Shown here: positions 1 through 10,082 of the stretch, in pieces
Layout: each line of letters opens with the position of its first letter
Position numbering within the stretch: the stretch's first letter is position 1
NCBI GenBank assembly: GCA_963819655.1
Contig: CAWFXA010000002.1
Span: forward strand, 896,001-960,000
Direction of reading: 5' to 3'
DNA from: an uncultured Chloroflexia bacterium
Lineage (GTDB): Bacteria; Chloroflexota; Limnocylindria; Limnocylindrales; CSP1-4
Length of the DNA: 64,000 nt
Position numbers and translations under genes: made by a program
Notes under the pieces: generated by a model
What the model was told of the DNA's origin: nothing
Database searches by the model: none
Seen by the model: only the letters and a program-made list of their open reading frames with translations

Positions 1-1149
1 CTTCGAGCCCTTCGGCATGACCTGGATGAACGTCTGGCCGACCGTCAGCGTGACGAGCTTGCCGGCCTTGTCGTAGAAGCGCGTCGGGTCGGTGATCGAA
101 CGCTTGCGCCACGTGCCCTTGATCGTCGTCCCGTTCGTCGAGATCCAGGCCGCGCCGCGCCCGATGAACTGGGCCTCGAGGCGGTTCTTCCGGCTGCCGT
201 CGTTGAGCCGCCCGAACGACATCGTCATGACGATCACGTTCTTGGGCGCCACCGGCTTGTCGACGCCACGGTCCATCTGCCGCTTCTCGCCGCTCACGGC
301 CCGACGGTAGGTGTTGCTCGCGCGGTCGTAGCGGTAGGTGATCGTGTTCTGCGAATAGACGACCGTGATGCGCGTGCCCTCGGGTCGCAGCAGGGGATGC
401 TTGTCGGGCGCGAATTGCCAGGCGGCCTTGATGGGCTCGTTCTTCGCGCCGACCCGTCGCGAGAGTTGATAGAGCTCCTTGCCACTGGTGTAGACGTTGT
501 GGGGTGCGAACCTGTCCCTGGTGCGGTGGAAGTAGGTGCCGCCCCAGCGGAACTCGTCGGCGTTGTAGACGAGCTGGCCGCGTCCCTTCTCGCGCAGGGT
601 CTGCATCGCCTGGGGTGAACCGCCCACGTGCGCGTAGACCGCCTTCCATTCGGCTGCCCAGGCGATGTAGTACTGGCGGGCGCTGCGGACCGGTCCGACC
701 GACGGCGGGATGCGGTCCTGGAAGATCATCATGTAGCGCGGGATGCCGCCTTCGGCCGGCGCCTGCCACACGATCGCCGCGTCGTTGAACCCGCTCTGCG
801 GTCGCGCATCGTGATGGTCGTCGATCATCACGGCCACGGGGTGGCGCTTCGCGACGGCCGGCGACACGAGACGGCCGGTCAACGGTGCAGGCACAGGCGT
901 CGGTGTGGGTTCCGGCGTTGGCGTCGGTGTGGGGGTCGGGACCGGCGTCGGTGTGGGGACGGGTGTCGGGGTCGCGGTCGGCCCCGGCGTCGGGCTCGGT
1001 GACGGAGAGGCCAGCGCCTGGCTCGCCGGTGGCGCCGCGGTCGGTGCCACGGCCGCTGCCAGGGCGCCCACGCCCACCCCGCCGACCGCGGCGAACGCCA
1101 GCGCCAGGACGAAGATGGATCTGCCCGAGCCTGTGCGGCGTTTGGCCAC
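1..1149 (-). CDS. DUF3048 (YerB-like) exported protein, 3' end truncated by the window edge
   Basis: Manually translated: GTG at 1149 after a GAGGGG RBS, N-terminal hydrophobic segment, PT-repeat linker, then APLTG..HPVAVMIDD..ARPQSG..EGGIPRY..GPVRSAR..FAPHNVY motifs typical of DUF3048. Confidence 0.85.
   Translation of the reverse strand, partial: MAKRRTGSGRSIFVLALAFAAVGGVGVGALAAAVAPTAAPPASQALASPSPSPTPGPTATPTPVPTPTPVPTPTPTPTPEPTPTPVPAPLTGRLVSPAVAKRHPVAVMIDDHHDARPQSGFNDAAIVWQAPAEGGIPRYMMIFQDRIPPSVGPVRSARQYYIAWAAEWKAVYAHVGGSPQAMQTLREKGRGQLVYNADEFRWGGTYFHRTRDRFAPHNVYTSGKELYQLSRRVGAKNEPIKAAWQFAPDKHPLLRPEGTRITVVYSQNTITYRYDRASNTYRRAVSGEKRQMDRGVDKPVAPKNVIVMTMSFGRLNDGSRKNRLEAQFIGRGAAWISTNGTTIKGTWRKRSITDPTRFYDKAGKLVTLTVGQTFIQVMPKGSK
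885..1005 (-). repeat. Low-complexity Pro-Thr (PT)n coding repeat
   Basis: Repeated ggcgtcggtgtggg-like units encoding SPSPSPTPGPTATPTPVPTPTP... Confidence 0.85.
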
Positions 1150-1259
1150 GTGGTCCCCTCGCACCCCGTCCGCGGGGGCGTCTGTGCGCTCCTCGTCGGA
1201 CCGACGGGCAGGATAGACCATCGGCGCGCGCCCGTCGTCAGAAGGCGTAGGCTGCCGCC

Positions 1260-1769
1260 ATGAGCGAGATGACCGAGTCCACGCAGCCCGAGACGACCCG
1301 TGCCGATCGGATCGAACTGAACAACGGCGGCATGTATGCGGCCGAGGCAGGCACCATCAGCGTCATGCAGGGCGGCATCTCGACGGCCACGGCGGAAGCC
1401 ATCGACATCCACCAGGGCGGGATCGGTCGCGCCCAGGCCACCGACATCGCGGTCAGCCAAGGCGCCATCGGACTCGCGCGCGGCGACACGGTGTCACTGG
1501 ATCGTGGTTTCCTCGGCGCGGCATTCGGGGACGAGGCCCGCGTCGTGCAGTCGATGGCGAACCTGGTTGGCAGCAACGAGTCAGTGGTCGACCAGTCCCT
1601 CGTCGGGGCCCTGGTGGGCGCCCGGGTCACCGTCCGCCAGCCGAGTGCCATCGGGATCCTCATCGCCGGCCGCGTGGAGGGGAACGTCCGCCCGATCCTC
1701 GACTGGCGTGGCGCGCTCGCGGCCGGCGCCGTGATCGGTCTGATCTCCGCAGTCCTGCGCCGCCGCTGA
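1260..1769 (+). CDS. Hypothetical protein with 15-aa repeats (predicted beta-solenoid) and a C-terminal membrane anchor
   Basis: About 8 repeats such as AGTISVMQGGISTAT / AEAIDIHQGGIGRAQ; hydrophobic C-terminus ending RRR; TAGGCT 6 nt before ATG. Confidence 0.8.
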   Translation: MSEMTESTQPETTRADRIELNNGGMYAAEAGTISVMQGGISTATAEAIDIHQGGIGRAQATDIAVSQGAIGLARGDTVSLDRGFLGAAFGDEARVVQSMANLVGSNESVVDQSLVGALVGARVTVRQPSAIGILIAGRVEGNVRPILDWRGALAAGAVIGLISAVLRRR

Positions 1770-1894
1770 CCGCAGCAGCCGCCGACTCGCCTCGCCAACG
1801 CCCTCGGCGGGAGGTCGCCGGACCCTCGGCTATACTCGGATTCCCGTCGTCCGCCCTGTTCCGCGACGACCGCCGCGAGGAGCCCGACCTGCGC

Positions 1895-2533
1895 ATGATC
1901 GATCCCACCGCCCGGATCCACCCCAGTGCGGATCTCGAGGACGGCGTGTCCATCGGCCCTCGGACGTCCGTCTGGCACCGCGCGCAGGTCCGCACCGGCG
2001 CTACGATCGGCGCCGACGCGATCATCGGCCGGGACGCGTTCATCGACGAGGGCGTGGTTCTCGGCGACCGGGTCAAGGTCCAGAACGGCGCACTCGTCTA
2101 CCACGGCGTGACGGTCGACAACGGCGTTTTCATCGGGCCGGGTGCGATCCTCACGAACGACCGCAATCCCCGTGCGGTGACCTCGACCGGCGACCTCGCC
2201 CGTGCGCAGGACTGGACCGTCACGCCGATCCACCTTGCCGATGGCGCCTCGATCGGCGCCGGCGCGGTCGTCGTCGCGGGGTGCGACGTCGGCACGTACG
2301 CCATGGTCGGTGCCGGTGCCGTGGTCACGCACCCCGTCGCCGGCCACGCACTCGTCGTCGGCAACCCTGCGCGCCGGATCGGTTGGGTATGCGCCTGCGG
2401 GGCGCGCCTCGACGAGCCTAGGACCGGCCGCTTCATCTGCCCGTCGTGCGAGCGAGAGTACGTCTATGTCCCCGACGGCGAAACGCTCGAGGAACGATCC
2501 GGTCCGGTCGTCAAGCAGGGAGCGCCAGCATGA
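1895..2533 (+). CDS. Hexapeptide-repeat N-acetyltransferase (WbpD/WlbB-like) with a C-terminal Zn ribbon
   Basis: LbH repeats, VKVQNG, TNDRNPR, VGNPAR; CACG...CPSC. Confidence 0.9.
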   Translation: MIDPTARIHPSADLEDGVSIGPRTSVWHRAQVRTGATIGADAIIGRDAFIDEGVVLGDRVKVQNGALVYHGVTVDNGVFIGPGAILTNDRNPRAVTSTGDLARAQDWTVTPIHLADGASIGAGAVVVAGCDVGTYAMVGAGAVVTHPVAGHALVVGNPARRIGWVCACGARLDEPRTGRFICPSCEREYVYVPDGETLEERSGPVVKQGAPA

Positions 2534-3638
2534 TCCCCGTCGTCCGCCCCGATATCGGCGAGGAAGAGGTCGAGGCCGTCGCGGAGGTGCTGCGCAGCGG
2601 GATGATCGCGCAGGGCCGCCGTGTCGCCGAGCTCGAGGAGCGCTGGGCCGAGTTCATCGGCGTCCGCCACGCGATCGCCGTCGCCAACGGCACGCTCGCG
2701 CTGATGGCGATCTACGCGGCTCTGGACCTCGGCCCGGGTGACGAGGTCATCACCGTCAGCCACTCATTCAACGCGACCGGCAGCGCCATGCTGTCGACCG
2801 GTGCGACGCCCGTATTCATCGACATCGAGCCCGACACCTACAACATCGACGCGGATCGCATCGAGGCCGCGATCACGCCCCGGACGAAGGCGATCTGCCC
2901 GGTCCACCTGTTCGGCCTGCCGGCCGACTTCGCACGATCCGCGAGATCGCCGATCGGCACGGACTCGTCCTGGTCGAGGACGCCTGCCAGGCGCACGGGG
3001 CGACTTTCGAGGGACGTCGGACCGGCAGCTTCGGGCACGGCGCGTTCAGCCTGTACGGCACGAAGAACATGACGACGGGCGAGGGTGGCTTCATCACGAC
3101 CGATGACGATCGGGTGGCCGACTGGATCCGGCTGTACCGGAACCAGGGCATGCGCGAGCGCTACCACCACGAGATCCTCGGCTACAACTTCCGGCTGACC
3201 GACATCGGGGCCGCCATCGGTCTCGTCCAGTTCGACAAGCTGGATCGGAACACGGCGCGTCGACAGGCGATCGCGCGACGCTACGACGACGGCTTCGCCG
3301 GAACCAGCATCGTGACGCCGGTCATCCCGTCCGGCCGGACGCACGTGTACCACCAGTACACGGTCGACGTCGGCGACGAGCGCGACGCGATCGTCGCGGA
3401 CCTCACCGCGGCAGGCATCGGGACCGGGATCTACTACCCGATCCCCGTCCATCGGCAGAAATACATCCTGGAGCGCGGGATCCACGCCGACCTGCCGGTC
3501 ACGGATCGCGCCGCCCGACGGTCGCTGTCGCTGCCGATGTACCCAGGCCTGAGCGAGGCCGACCAGGCGACCGTCATCGACACGGTTCGTACCGTCGTGG
3601 AGAAGCACCGCGTCCCCGAGGAGACCGCGGCTCGATGA
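2530..3638 (+). CDS. DegT/DnrJ/EryC1/StrS aminotransferase (WbpE-like); frameshift near 2930
   Basis: NGTLAL, PVHLFG in one frame; EDACQAHG, SLYGTKNMTTGEGG, GYNFRL in the next. Confidence 0.9.
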
Positions 3639-4669
3639 CACGCCCCTGGTCACCGGCCGGGGACGGACCCGTCCGCGTCGGGCTCATCGGGCTCGGCGCG
3701 ATGGGTCGCAACCACCTCCGGATCCTGTCCTCGATGCCCGGTGCCCACCTCGTGGCCGTCGCCGATCCGGACCGTGAGGCGCTCGACGGCGCCACGGTCG
3801 GCTCCGGCGCCCAGGGCTTCGCCGAGCCGATGGCCCTGATCGCAGAGGCCGATCTCGACGCTGTCGTCATCGCGTCGCCGACCACGACCCACGTCGCGCT
3901 GGCCCTCGCCGCGATCGAGCGTGGGGTGGCCACGCTCGTCGAGAAGCCACTCGCCGCGACGCCCGAGGAGGCGGGGGCGATCGTCGACGCGGCGCGGGCG
4001 GGCGGCGTCCCCCTCCAGGTCGGCCACGTCGAGCGGTTCAATCCCGCGGTGCTGGAGCTCGGCCGGCTGCTGCACGAGGGCCGCTGGCTGTCCTCGGTCT
4101 ACGCCATCACCAGCCGGCGGGCCGGCCCGTTCCCGGCGCGCATCCGCGATGTCGGCGTGACCGTCGATCTCGCCACGCACGACGTCGACATCCTGTCCTG
4201 GATCGCCGGCGAGCGTCCCGTCCGGGTCTTCGCGGAGACCGCGCAGCGCATCCACGCCGACCACGAGGACCTGCTGTTCGGGCTGATGTCGTTCCCGTCG
4301 GGGACCGTCGCGATGCTCGACGTCGACTGGCTGACGCCGGCGAAGCGACGGCAGCTGGCGGTCGTCGGCGAGGAGGGCATGTTCGAGCTCGACTACCTGA
4401 CCCAGCGCCTGACGTTCACGCGCGCGTCGGACATGACCAACCCGCGGCTGATCGGCGGGTACGCCCCGACCTTCGCGGGCGACGAGGTCGAGCTGCCGGT
4501 CTCGAACGAGGAGCCACTGGCGGTCGAGCTGGAGGCGTTCCTGAGCGTGGTCCGTGGCGGCGGCCGCCCGATCGTCGACGGCGAGGATGGCCGCTGGGCG
4601 GTCGTGCTGGCCCACGCCCTGCTGACCGCGGCGCGGGAGCAGCGGTCGGTCGAGCTGGTGTCGGCGTGA
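3635..4669 (+). CDS. Gfo/Idh/MocA oxidoreductase (WbpB/WlbA-like)
   Basis: GLGAMG, EKP, GHVERFNP, DLATHD; ATGA coupling. Confidence 0.9.
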   Translation: MTRPWSPAGDGPVRVGLIGLGAMGRNHLRILSSMPGAHLVAVADPDREALDGATVGSGAQGFAEPMALIAEADLDAVVIASPTTTHVALALAAIERGVATLVEKPLAATPEEAGAIVDAARAGGVPLQVGHVERFNPAVLELGRLLHEGRWLSSVYAITSRRAGPFPARIRDVGVTVDLATHDVDILSWIAGERPVRVFAETAQRIHADHEDLLFGLMSFPSGTVAMLDVDWLTPAKRRQLAVVGEEGMFELDYLTQRLTFTRASDMTNPRLIGGYAPTFAGDEVELPVSNEEPLAVELEAFLSVVRGGGRPIVDGEDGRWAVVLAHALLTAAREQRSVELVSA

Positions 4670-6116
4670 GCCCGTCGGCTCGACCCAGCACCACGGCAGA
4701 TCTGCCCGGCGGCTCGATCCAGCTGCCGCCCCGGCCATGTCGTCATGGCGAGGCACGGTCCGTCACGCCATGGACCGGCGAGCCCGGCACGGCCGGGACC
4801 GTGGCGGTCGTCGGTGCCGGGAAGATGGGCCTGCCGCTCGCCGCGCAGTTCGCCGGGCATGGCTGGAAGGTGATCGCCGTCGACATCGACCCGCGGGTCG
4901 TCGATTCGATCAACGAGGGTCGCTCGCATGTCGGGGAGGAGCCGGGTCTCTCCGAGCTCGTCGAGCGTGCCCATGCGGCCGGCCGGCTCCGGGCGACCGC
5001 CGACGGCGCCGAGGCCGCGCGCACCTCCGACGTCGTGGTCCTCATCGTCCCGGTCATGCTCGACGACGAGCCAGCATCCCGACCACCGCTAGATGGACTC
5101 GGCGGTCGACTCGATCGCACCGGGCGTCCATGCCGGATCGCTCGTGATCTTCGAGACGACCCTGCCCGTCGGCGATACGCGCGACCGCTACGCACCTCGA
5201 CTGGAGGCCGCCAGCGGTCTGCCGGCCAGCGGGACGGGCACGGACCGGATCTACGTCGCCTTCTCGCCGGAGCGGCTGTACAGCGGGGCCGCCCTCGCCA
5301 ACCTGGCGACCTACCCGAAGCTCGTCGGCGGCCTCGACGCGCGATCGACGGCTCTGCGCGGCGGCGTTCTACGAGAGCGTGCTCGACGCCGAGGTCGTCG
5401 CGATGTCGTCGGCCGAGGCGGCCGAGTTCTCGAAGCTCGCCGACACGACGTACCGCGACGTGAACATCGCGCTCGCGAACGAGTTCGCCCGCTACGCCGA
5501 CCGCATCGGCGTCGACATCACCGAAGTGATCGCGGCGGCCAACAGCCAGCCGTACAGCCACATCCACCAGCCCGGGATCGGCGTCGGCGGGCACTGCATC
5601 CCGGTGTATCCGCATTTCCTGCTCGATCGGGCGCCGGAGCTGTCGCTCGTCGCGCGTGCGCGCGCCGTGAACGACGGTCAGGTCGATCTGGCTGTCGCGG
5701 CAGTCGAAGATATGGCGGGCGACCTCAGCGGGGCCGCGGTCCTCGTGCTCGGCCTGACCTATCGCCACGGGGTGAAGGAGCTGGCGTACTCGCGGGCGAT
5801 GCCGCTCATCGAGGCGCTCCGCGCACGCGGGGCGCGGGTCCTCGCATACGACCCGCTCCTGACTGACGACGAGATCGCACGCGCCGGCGCCGAGCCGTGG
5901 CCGTGGGGTTCCCCGTCGGCCGATGTCCGCGCGATCGTCACGCAGACCGCCGATCCCGTCTGGCTGAACCTGGACCCGGCCTGGTTCCCAGGACTGCGGG
6001 TCGTCTTCGACGGCCGGAACAGCGTGTCGTCGCTCGTCGAGCGGTTCGGCCCCGGCGTCGCCTATCGCGGCGTGGGAGTGCCGGACCAGCGGCCCGCGCG
6101 CGACGCCGTCGCCTGA
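4666..6116 (+). CDS. UDP-sugar 6-dehydrogenase (WbpA/WecC family); frameshifts near 5070 and 5355, plus a TAG near 5090
   Basis: GAGKMG, ETTLPVG, FSPER, AEFSKL, GVGGHC spread over three frames. Confidence 0.85.
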
Positions 6117-6125
6117 CGAGGCGAC

Positions 6126-7217
6126 GTGCGGATCGTCAACGTCGTCGGGACGCGTCCCCAGCTGATCAAGGCTGCCGCCCTCGAGCCCGCTCTTCGGGCG
6201 CAGTTCGACACGTACCTGATCGACACTGGTCAGCACTATGACGATGCGATGGCCGGGTCGTTCTTCCGCGAGCTCGGTTTGCGGCGGCCCGACTACGACC
6301 TCGGGATCGGTGGTGGTTCGGGTTCGGACCAGACGGGCCGGATGTTGGTGGCGCTCGAGCCGATCTTCGAGGACCTGTCGCCGGACGCGGTGGTCGTCTG
6401 CGGCGACACGAACTCGACGATCGCCGCGGCACTCGTGGCGGCCAAGCAAGGTATCCCAGTCGCCCACGTCGAGGCCGGCCTGCGGTCGTTCGATCGACGG
6501 ATGCCCGAGGAGATCAATCGGCTGGTGACGGATCACCTGTCGCGATGGCTGTTCGCGCCCACACCCGCGGCCGTCGCCAATCTCCGTGCCGAGGGGATCG
6601 TCGATGGCGTCGTCGAGGTCGGGGACGTGCTGCAGGACCTCGCCGCGCGGACCGCCCAAGAGGTGAGAGAACCGGCCGTCCTCGGCTCGATCGACCTCGC
6701 CCTGATCCCAGGCGGGTACCTCTTCGCGACCATCCATCGGGCCGAGAACCGCGAGCCGGCGGCGATGGCGGCATGGGCGGCCCTGCTCGCCGCGGCCGCG
6801 CGCCCGGAGCGGCCCGTCGTCCTGGCACTCCACCCGGGGACCCGCGCCGCACTCGCTACCGCCGACATCCGGCTGGGACCCGACATCCACGTCATCGAGC
6901 CGCAGGGCTATCGCACGACCCTCGGGCTCCAGCTCCACGCGGCTGCTGTCCTGACCGACTCGGGCGGGGTCCAGCGCGAGGCCGCCTGGCTGCGCGTGCC
7001 GTGCCTGATCCTGCGCGGGACGACCGAGTGGGTGGAGGCCCTGGCGGACTCCGGCGGCACGATGGTGGTGGTCGGCCTCGATGCGGAGCGCGCGACGGCC
7101 GAGCTCGAGCGGCTCGCACCGATCTCGACGGCGGAGGCCGACGCCCGGGCCAGGGCCGCCGACCTCCGGCTGGAACCGGCCGGCGCCGTCGACGCGATCG
7201 TGGCGGCGCTCGGATGA
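6126..7217 (+). CDS. wecB: UDP-N-acetylglucosamine 2-epimerase, non-hydrolysing (WecB/WbpI family)
   Basis: GTRPQ, TGQHYD, GDTNS, HVEAGLRS, PEEINR, TDSGGVQRE. Confidence 0.92.
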   Translation: MRIVNVVGTRPQLIKAAALEPALRAQFDTYLIDTGQHYDDAMAGSFFRELGLRRPDYDLGIGGGSGSDQTGRMLVALEPIFEDLSPDAVVVCGDTNSTIAAALVAAKQGIPVAHVEAGLRSFDRRMPEEINRLVTDHLSRWLFAPTPAAVANLRAEGIVDGVVEVGDVLQDLAARTAQEVREPAVLGSIDLALIPGGYLFATIHRAENREPAAMAAWAALLAAAARPERPVVLALHPGTRAALATADIRLGPDIHVIEPQGYRTTLGLQLHAAAVLTDSGGVQREAAWLRVPCLILRGTTEWVEALADSGGTMVVVGLDAERATAELERLAPISTAEADARARAADLRLEPAGAVDAIVAALG

Positions 7218-8623
7218 CGGACGCGACGAGCACGTCGTCGCCGGCGCCTGGCCCGGTCGAGCCGCAGCGCCTGCTCCTCGTTCTCCCCTCGACAGCTGAA
7301 TTCGATTCGCGGACCTACCGCATTGCCAGCGCCGCGCGCGCCCGAGGCCACCACGTGACGGTCCTCGCCCGCTGGAAGCCGGGTCTCCCGGAGCGCGAGG
7401 ACGATCCAGGGGGCTACGAGATCATCCGGGTCCGGGCGGATCCCGGGGAGGCGCTCCCCGGCCGAGCGTTCGTCCGCCGCATCTTCCGCCGCCTTCGCCC
7501 GCTGCGAGCCCCAGCGGGCGATCCTCCGCCGCCGGCCGCCGCCGTCGGCGCGGGGGGCGTCGCCGGCGACGATCCTCCGCCGGGCGGCGACGCCTCGATC
7601 GGCGTGGCCTCTCGCTCCCTGCCTCGCCGTCTCGCGAGCCGCGTCGTGCGGCGCTGGTCGATCCTGCTGACGGTGCGCTCGCACGCGCGCCATGCGCGCG
7701 AGGTGGCACCGCCTGCCGACCTCATCCACGCGATGGCCTACATGGGCATCCCCGTCGGGCACGCGATCGCCGACGGCCGATCGCCGCGGCCGAAGGTCGT
7801 GTACGACGCGCGCGACATCTATATGGACGCGGGAAACCTCGCCTCCACGCGCGGACTCGTGCGCGCGACCATCGCCCGGGCCGAGCGCCGGTGGGCGCGA
7901 CGTGCCGATCGTGTCATCACGGTCAATCAACCCTATGCCGATGTGATGGCCGAGCGCTTCAAGGTACCGATGCCGCTGGTCGTCATGAACTGCTCGTACC
8001 GGTACGAGCCGGCGGACCCGCGCGAGCACAGGTTCCACGACCGGCTCGGGCTCGCCCCAGCGTGCCGCGTCGTGCTCTACCAGGGCGGTTTCTCGCCCGG
8101 GCGCGGCATCGAGGAGCTGTTCGATGCGATCACGTTGATCGATGACGCGGTGCTCGTGCTCATGGGCTACGGCTACGAGGAGGCCGCCTACCGCGAGCGC
8201 GCCGCATCTGCGGAGCTGCGCGGCCGCGTCCACCTGCTTCCCGCGGTCCGCCCGATCGAGTTGCTCGACTGGGTCGCCGGGGCCGACGTCGTGGCGATGC
8301 CGATCCAGCCGACGACGCTCAACCACCGGCTGACGACGCCGAACAAGCTGTTCGAGGCGATGGCCGCGGGCGTGCCGGTCGTCGCGAGCGACCTCCCCGG
8401 TATGGCGCCGATCGTGCGCGAGACGGGCTGCGGGCTGGTCGTGGATCCCGCCGATCCGGCCGCGATCGCCGCGGCGTGCCGGGAGATCCTCGACGCCCCG
8501 CCAGACGAAGCCGCAGCGTGGCGGCGGCGCGCGCTGGCCGCGGCCCACGAGACGTACAACTGGGAGAACCAGGCGGACCGCCTCTTCGCCGAATACAGCC
8601 GGTTGACCGGCCGTCGCTGGTGA
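7214..8623 (+). CDS. Glycosyltransferase family 4
   Basis: ATG at 7214 overlaps the wecB stop; YQGGFSPGRG, PNKLFEAMAAGVPVV. Confidence 0.9.
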   Translation: MTDATSTSSPAPGPVEPQRLLLVLPSTAEFDSRTYRIASAARARGHHVTVLARWKPGLPEREDDPGGYEIIRVRADPGEALPGRAFVRRIFRRLRPLRAPAGDPPPPAAAVGAGGVAGDDPPPGGDASIGVASRSLPRRLASRVVRRWSILLTVRSHARHAREVAPPADLIHAMAYMGIPVGHAIADGRSPRPKVVYDARDIYMDAGNLASTRGLVRATIARAERRWARRADRVITVNQPYADVMAERFKVPMPLVVMNCSYRYEPADPREHRFHDRLGLAPACRVVLYQGGFSPGRGIEELFDAITLIDDAVLVLMGYGYEEAAYRERAASAELRGRVHLLPAVRPIELLDWVAGADVVAMPIQPTTLNHRLTTPNKLFEAMAAGVPVVASDLPGMAPIVRETGCGLVVDPADPAAIAAACREILDAPPDEAAAWRRRALAAAHETYNWENQADRLFAEYSRLTGRRW

Positions 8624-10050
8624 ATCCCCCGGCCGGCACAGCGGACCGCCGGCGCGTGGTCATGTTCGTCCGCAACCCGTGTACCAATGACGTCCGGGTC
8701 CTGCGCGAGGCGGCGACGTTGCACGCGGCCGACTGGCCGACGACCATCGTGGCCCTGCAACCGGGCGGATCCGACGCGCCACCGGATCACGAGGATCGTG
8801 ACGGCGTGCGCATCATCCGGGTGCCGGCTCCGACGGATTGGCGGGTGCGCTGGCGGGACATGCGCTACTACCCGTGGCGCACGCTCCGCGGCGTGCCTCG
8901 TCTGCTCGTCCGGGCGCTGCGCTCGGGCCCCGCGGGCATCGGCGATGCGCTGAGCACAGTGGCCGTCTCGCTGGTCACCCTGCCCTACACGCTGATCCAG
9001 GCGGCGCGGTACGTCGCCAGCCGACGGGCGCGGCCCCGCCCGCATGATGTCGAGGACGGTCTCGATCACCTGGCCTGGTGGCGCCTGTCCGCGCTGGGCT
9101 GGGCGACGGCCGCCGCAGCCGCAGCCCCGCCCGCCGACGTGTACCACGGCCACGACCTGACCGGCCTGCCGGCCGCGGTCCGCGCCGCGCGCCGAGACGA
9201 TCGCGCCGCGATGGTGATCTACGACAGCCACGAGCTGTTCCTCGAGGCCGGCGTCGAGGCGCGCCAGCCGTGGTGGGTGCGCCGCATCCTCGGCCGGCTC
9301 GAACGCCGCTGGATCGCCGGCGTCGACGGCATCATCACGGTCAACGCCTCGATCGCCACCGAGCTGCGGCGCCGCTACGGCGGACCACCGGCGATCGTCG
9401 TGCGCAATGCCCCTCCGCGCCAGCCGATCGCGGCGACCCGGCCGGACCATCTGCGGTCCGCGGCGCGGATCCCGGCGGATGTCCCGGTGGTGCTCTACCA
9501 CGGCGGCTTCCAGCGCGACCGCGGCCTCGACGTCCTGGCCGAGGCGATGGCGGACCAGCGGGTCGCGCACGCACACCTCGTCTTCCTGGGGTTCGGGCCG
9601 CTGACCGAATCGCTCCATGGGCTTGCCGCGGAGCCGCGCTTCGGTGGCCGGCTGCACGTCCTGCCCGCCGTCCCGTTGGATGACCTCCTCGCGTGGGTCG
9701 CGTCGGCCGACGTGTCGGCGATGCCGAACCAGCCACGGACGCTCAACGAGCGCTACTCGACGCCCAACAAGCTGTTCGAGAGCCTCGCCGTCGGGACGCC
9801 GGTCGTCAGCAGCGATTTCCCGGAGCGCCGCCGGATCGTGATCGACGACCCGGACGGTCCTCTCGGCGCGGTCTGCGACCCGACGCGTCCGGCAGCCGTG
9901 GCCGCCGCCCTCGGCGAGATCCTGTCACTCGACGCGGCGGCGCTGGCCGACCTGCGGCGGCGCTGCCAGGTCGCCGCTCACGAGCGGTACTGCTGGGAGC
10001 GAGAGAGCGCGGAGCTCCTCGGGCTCTATTCCCGGCTGGCGGCCCGATGA
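8620..10050 (+). CDS. Glycosyltransferase family 4
   Basis: GTGA overlap; DVRVLREA, YDSHE, PNKLFESLAVGTPVV. Confidence 0.9.
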   Translation: MNPPAGTADRRRVVMFVRNPCTNDVRVLREAATLHAADWPTTIVALQPGGSDAPPDHEDRDGVRIIRVPAPTDWRVRWRDMRYYPWRTLRGVPRLLVRALRSGPAGIGDALSTVAVSLVTLPYTLIQAARYVASRRARPRPHDVEDGLDHLAWWRLSALGWATAAAAAAPPADVYHGHDLTGLPAAVRAARRDDRAAMVIYDSHELFLEAGVEARQPWWVRRILGRLERRWIAGVDGIITVNASIATELRRRYGGPPAIVVRNAPPRQPIAATRPDHLRSAARIPADVPVVLYHGGFQRDRGLDVLAEAMADQRVAHAHLVFLGFGPLTESLHGLAAEPRFGGRLHVLPAVPLDDLLAWVASADVSAMPNQPRTLNERYSTPNKLFESLAVGTPVVSSDFPERRRIVIDDPDGPLGAVCDPTRPAAVAAALGEILSLDAAALADLRRRCQVAAHERYCWERESAELLGLYSRLAAR

Positions 10051-10082
10051 GCCTGCGTGTGCCCCGATGAGCCTGCGCGTGC
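10043..10082 (+). repeat. 20-bp tandem duplication at a gene junction
   Basis: cccgatgagcctgcgtgtgc followed by cccgatgagcctgcgcgtgc (1 mismatch). Confidence 0.9.

Noticed and set aside
885-1005. Short tandem repeats as a CRISPR or VNTR element
   Set aside because: They encode a Pro-Thr linker; there are no unique spacers or cas genes
5085-5095. In-frame TAG as stop-codon recoding
   Set aside because: It lies next to an indel in an error-rich gene, and TAG is a normal stop in many genes here
4743-6938. Long antisense or alternate-frame ORFs (also 25999-27726, 30720-33023, 44441-46282)
   Set aside because: Shadow ORFs expected at high GC; they overlap motif-supported genes and are Arg/Pro/Gly-rich without motifs
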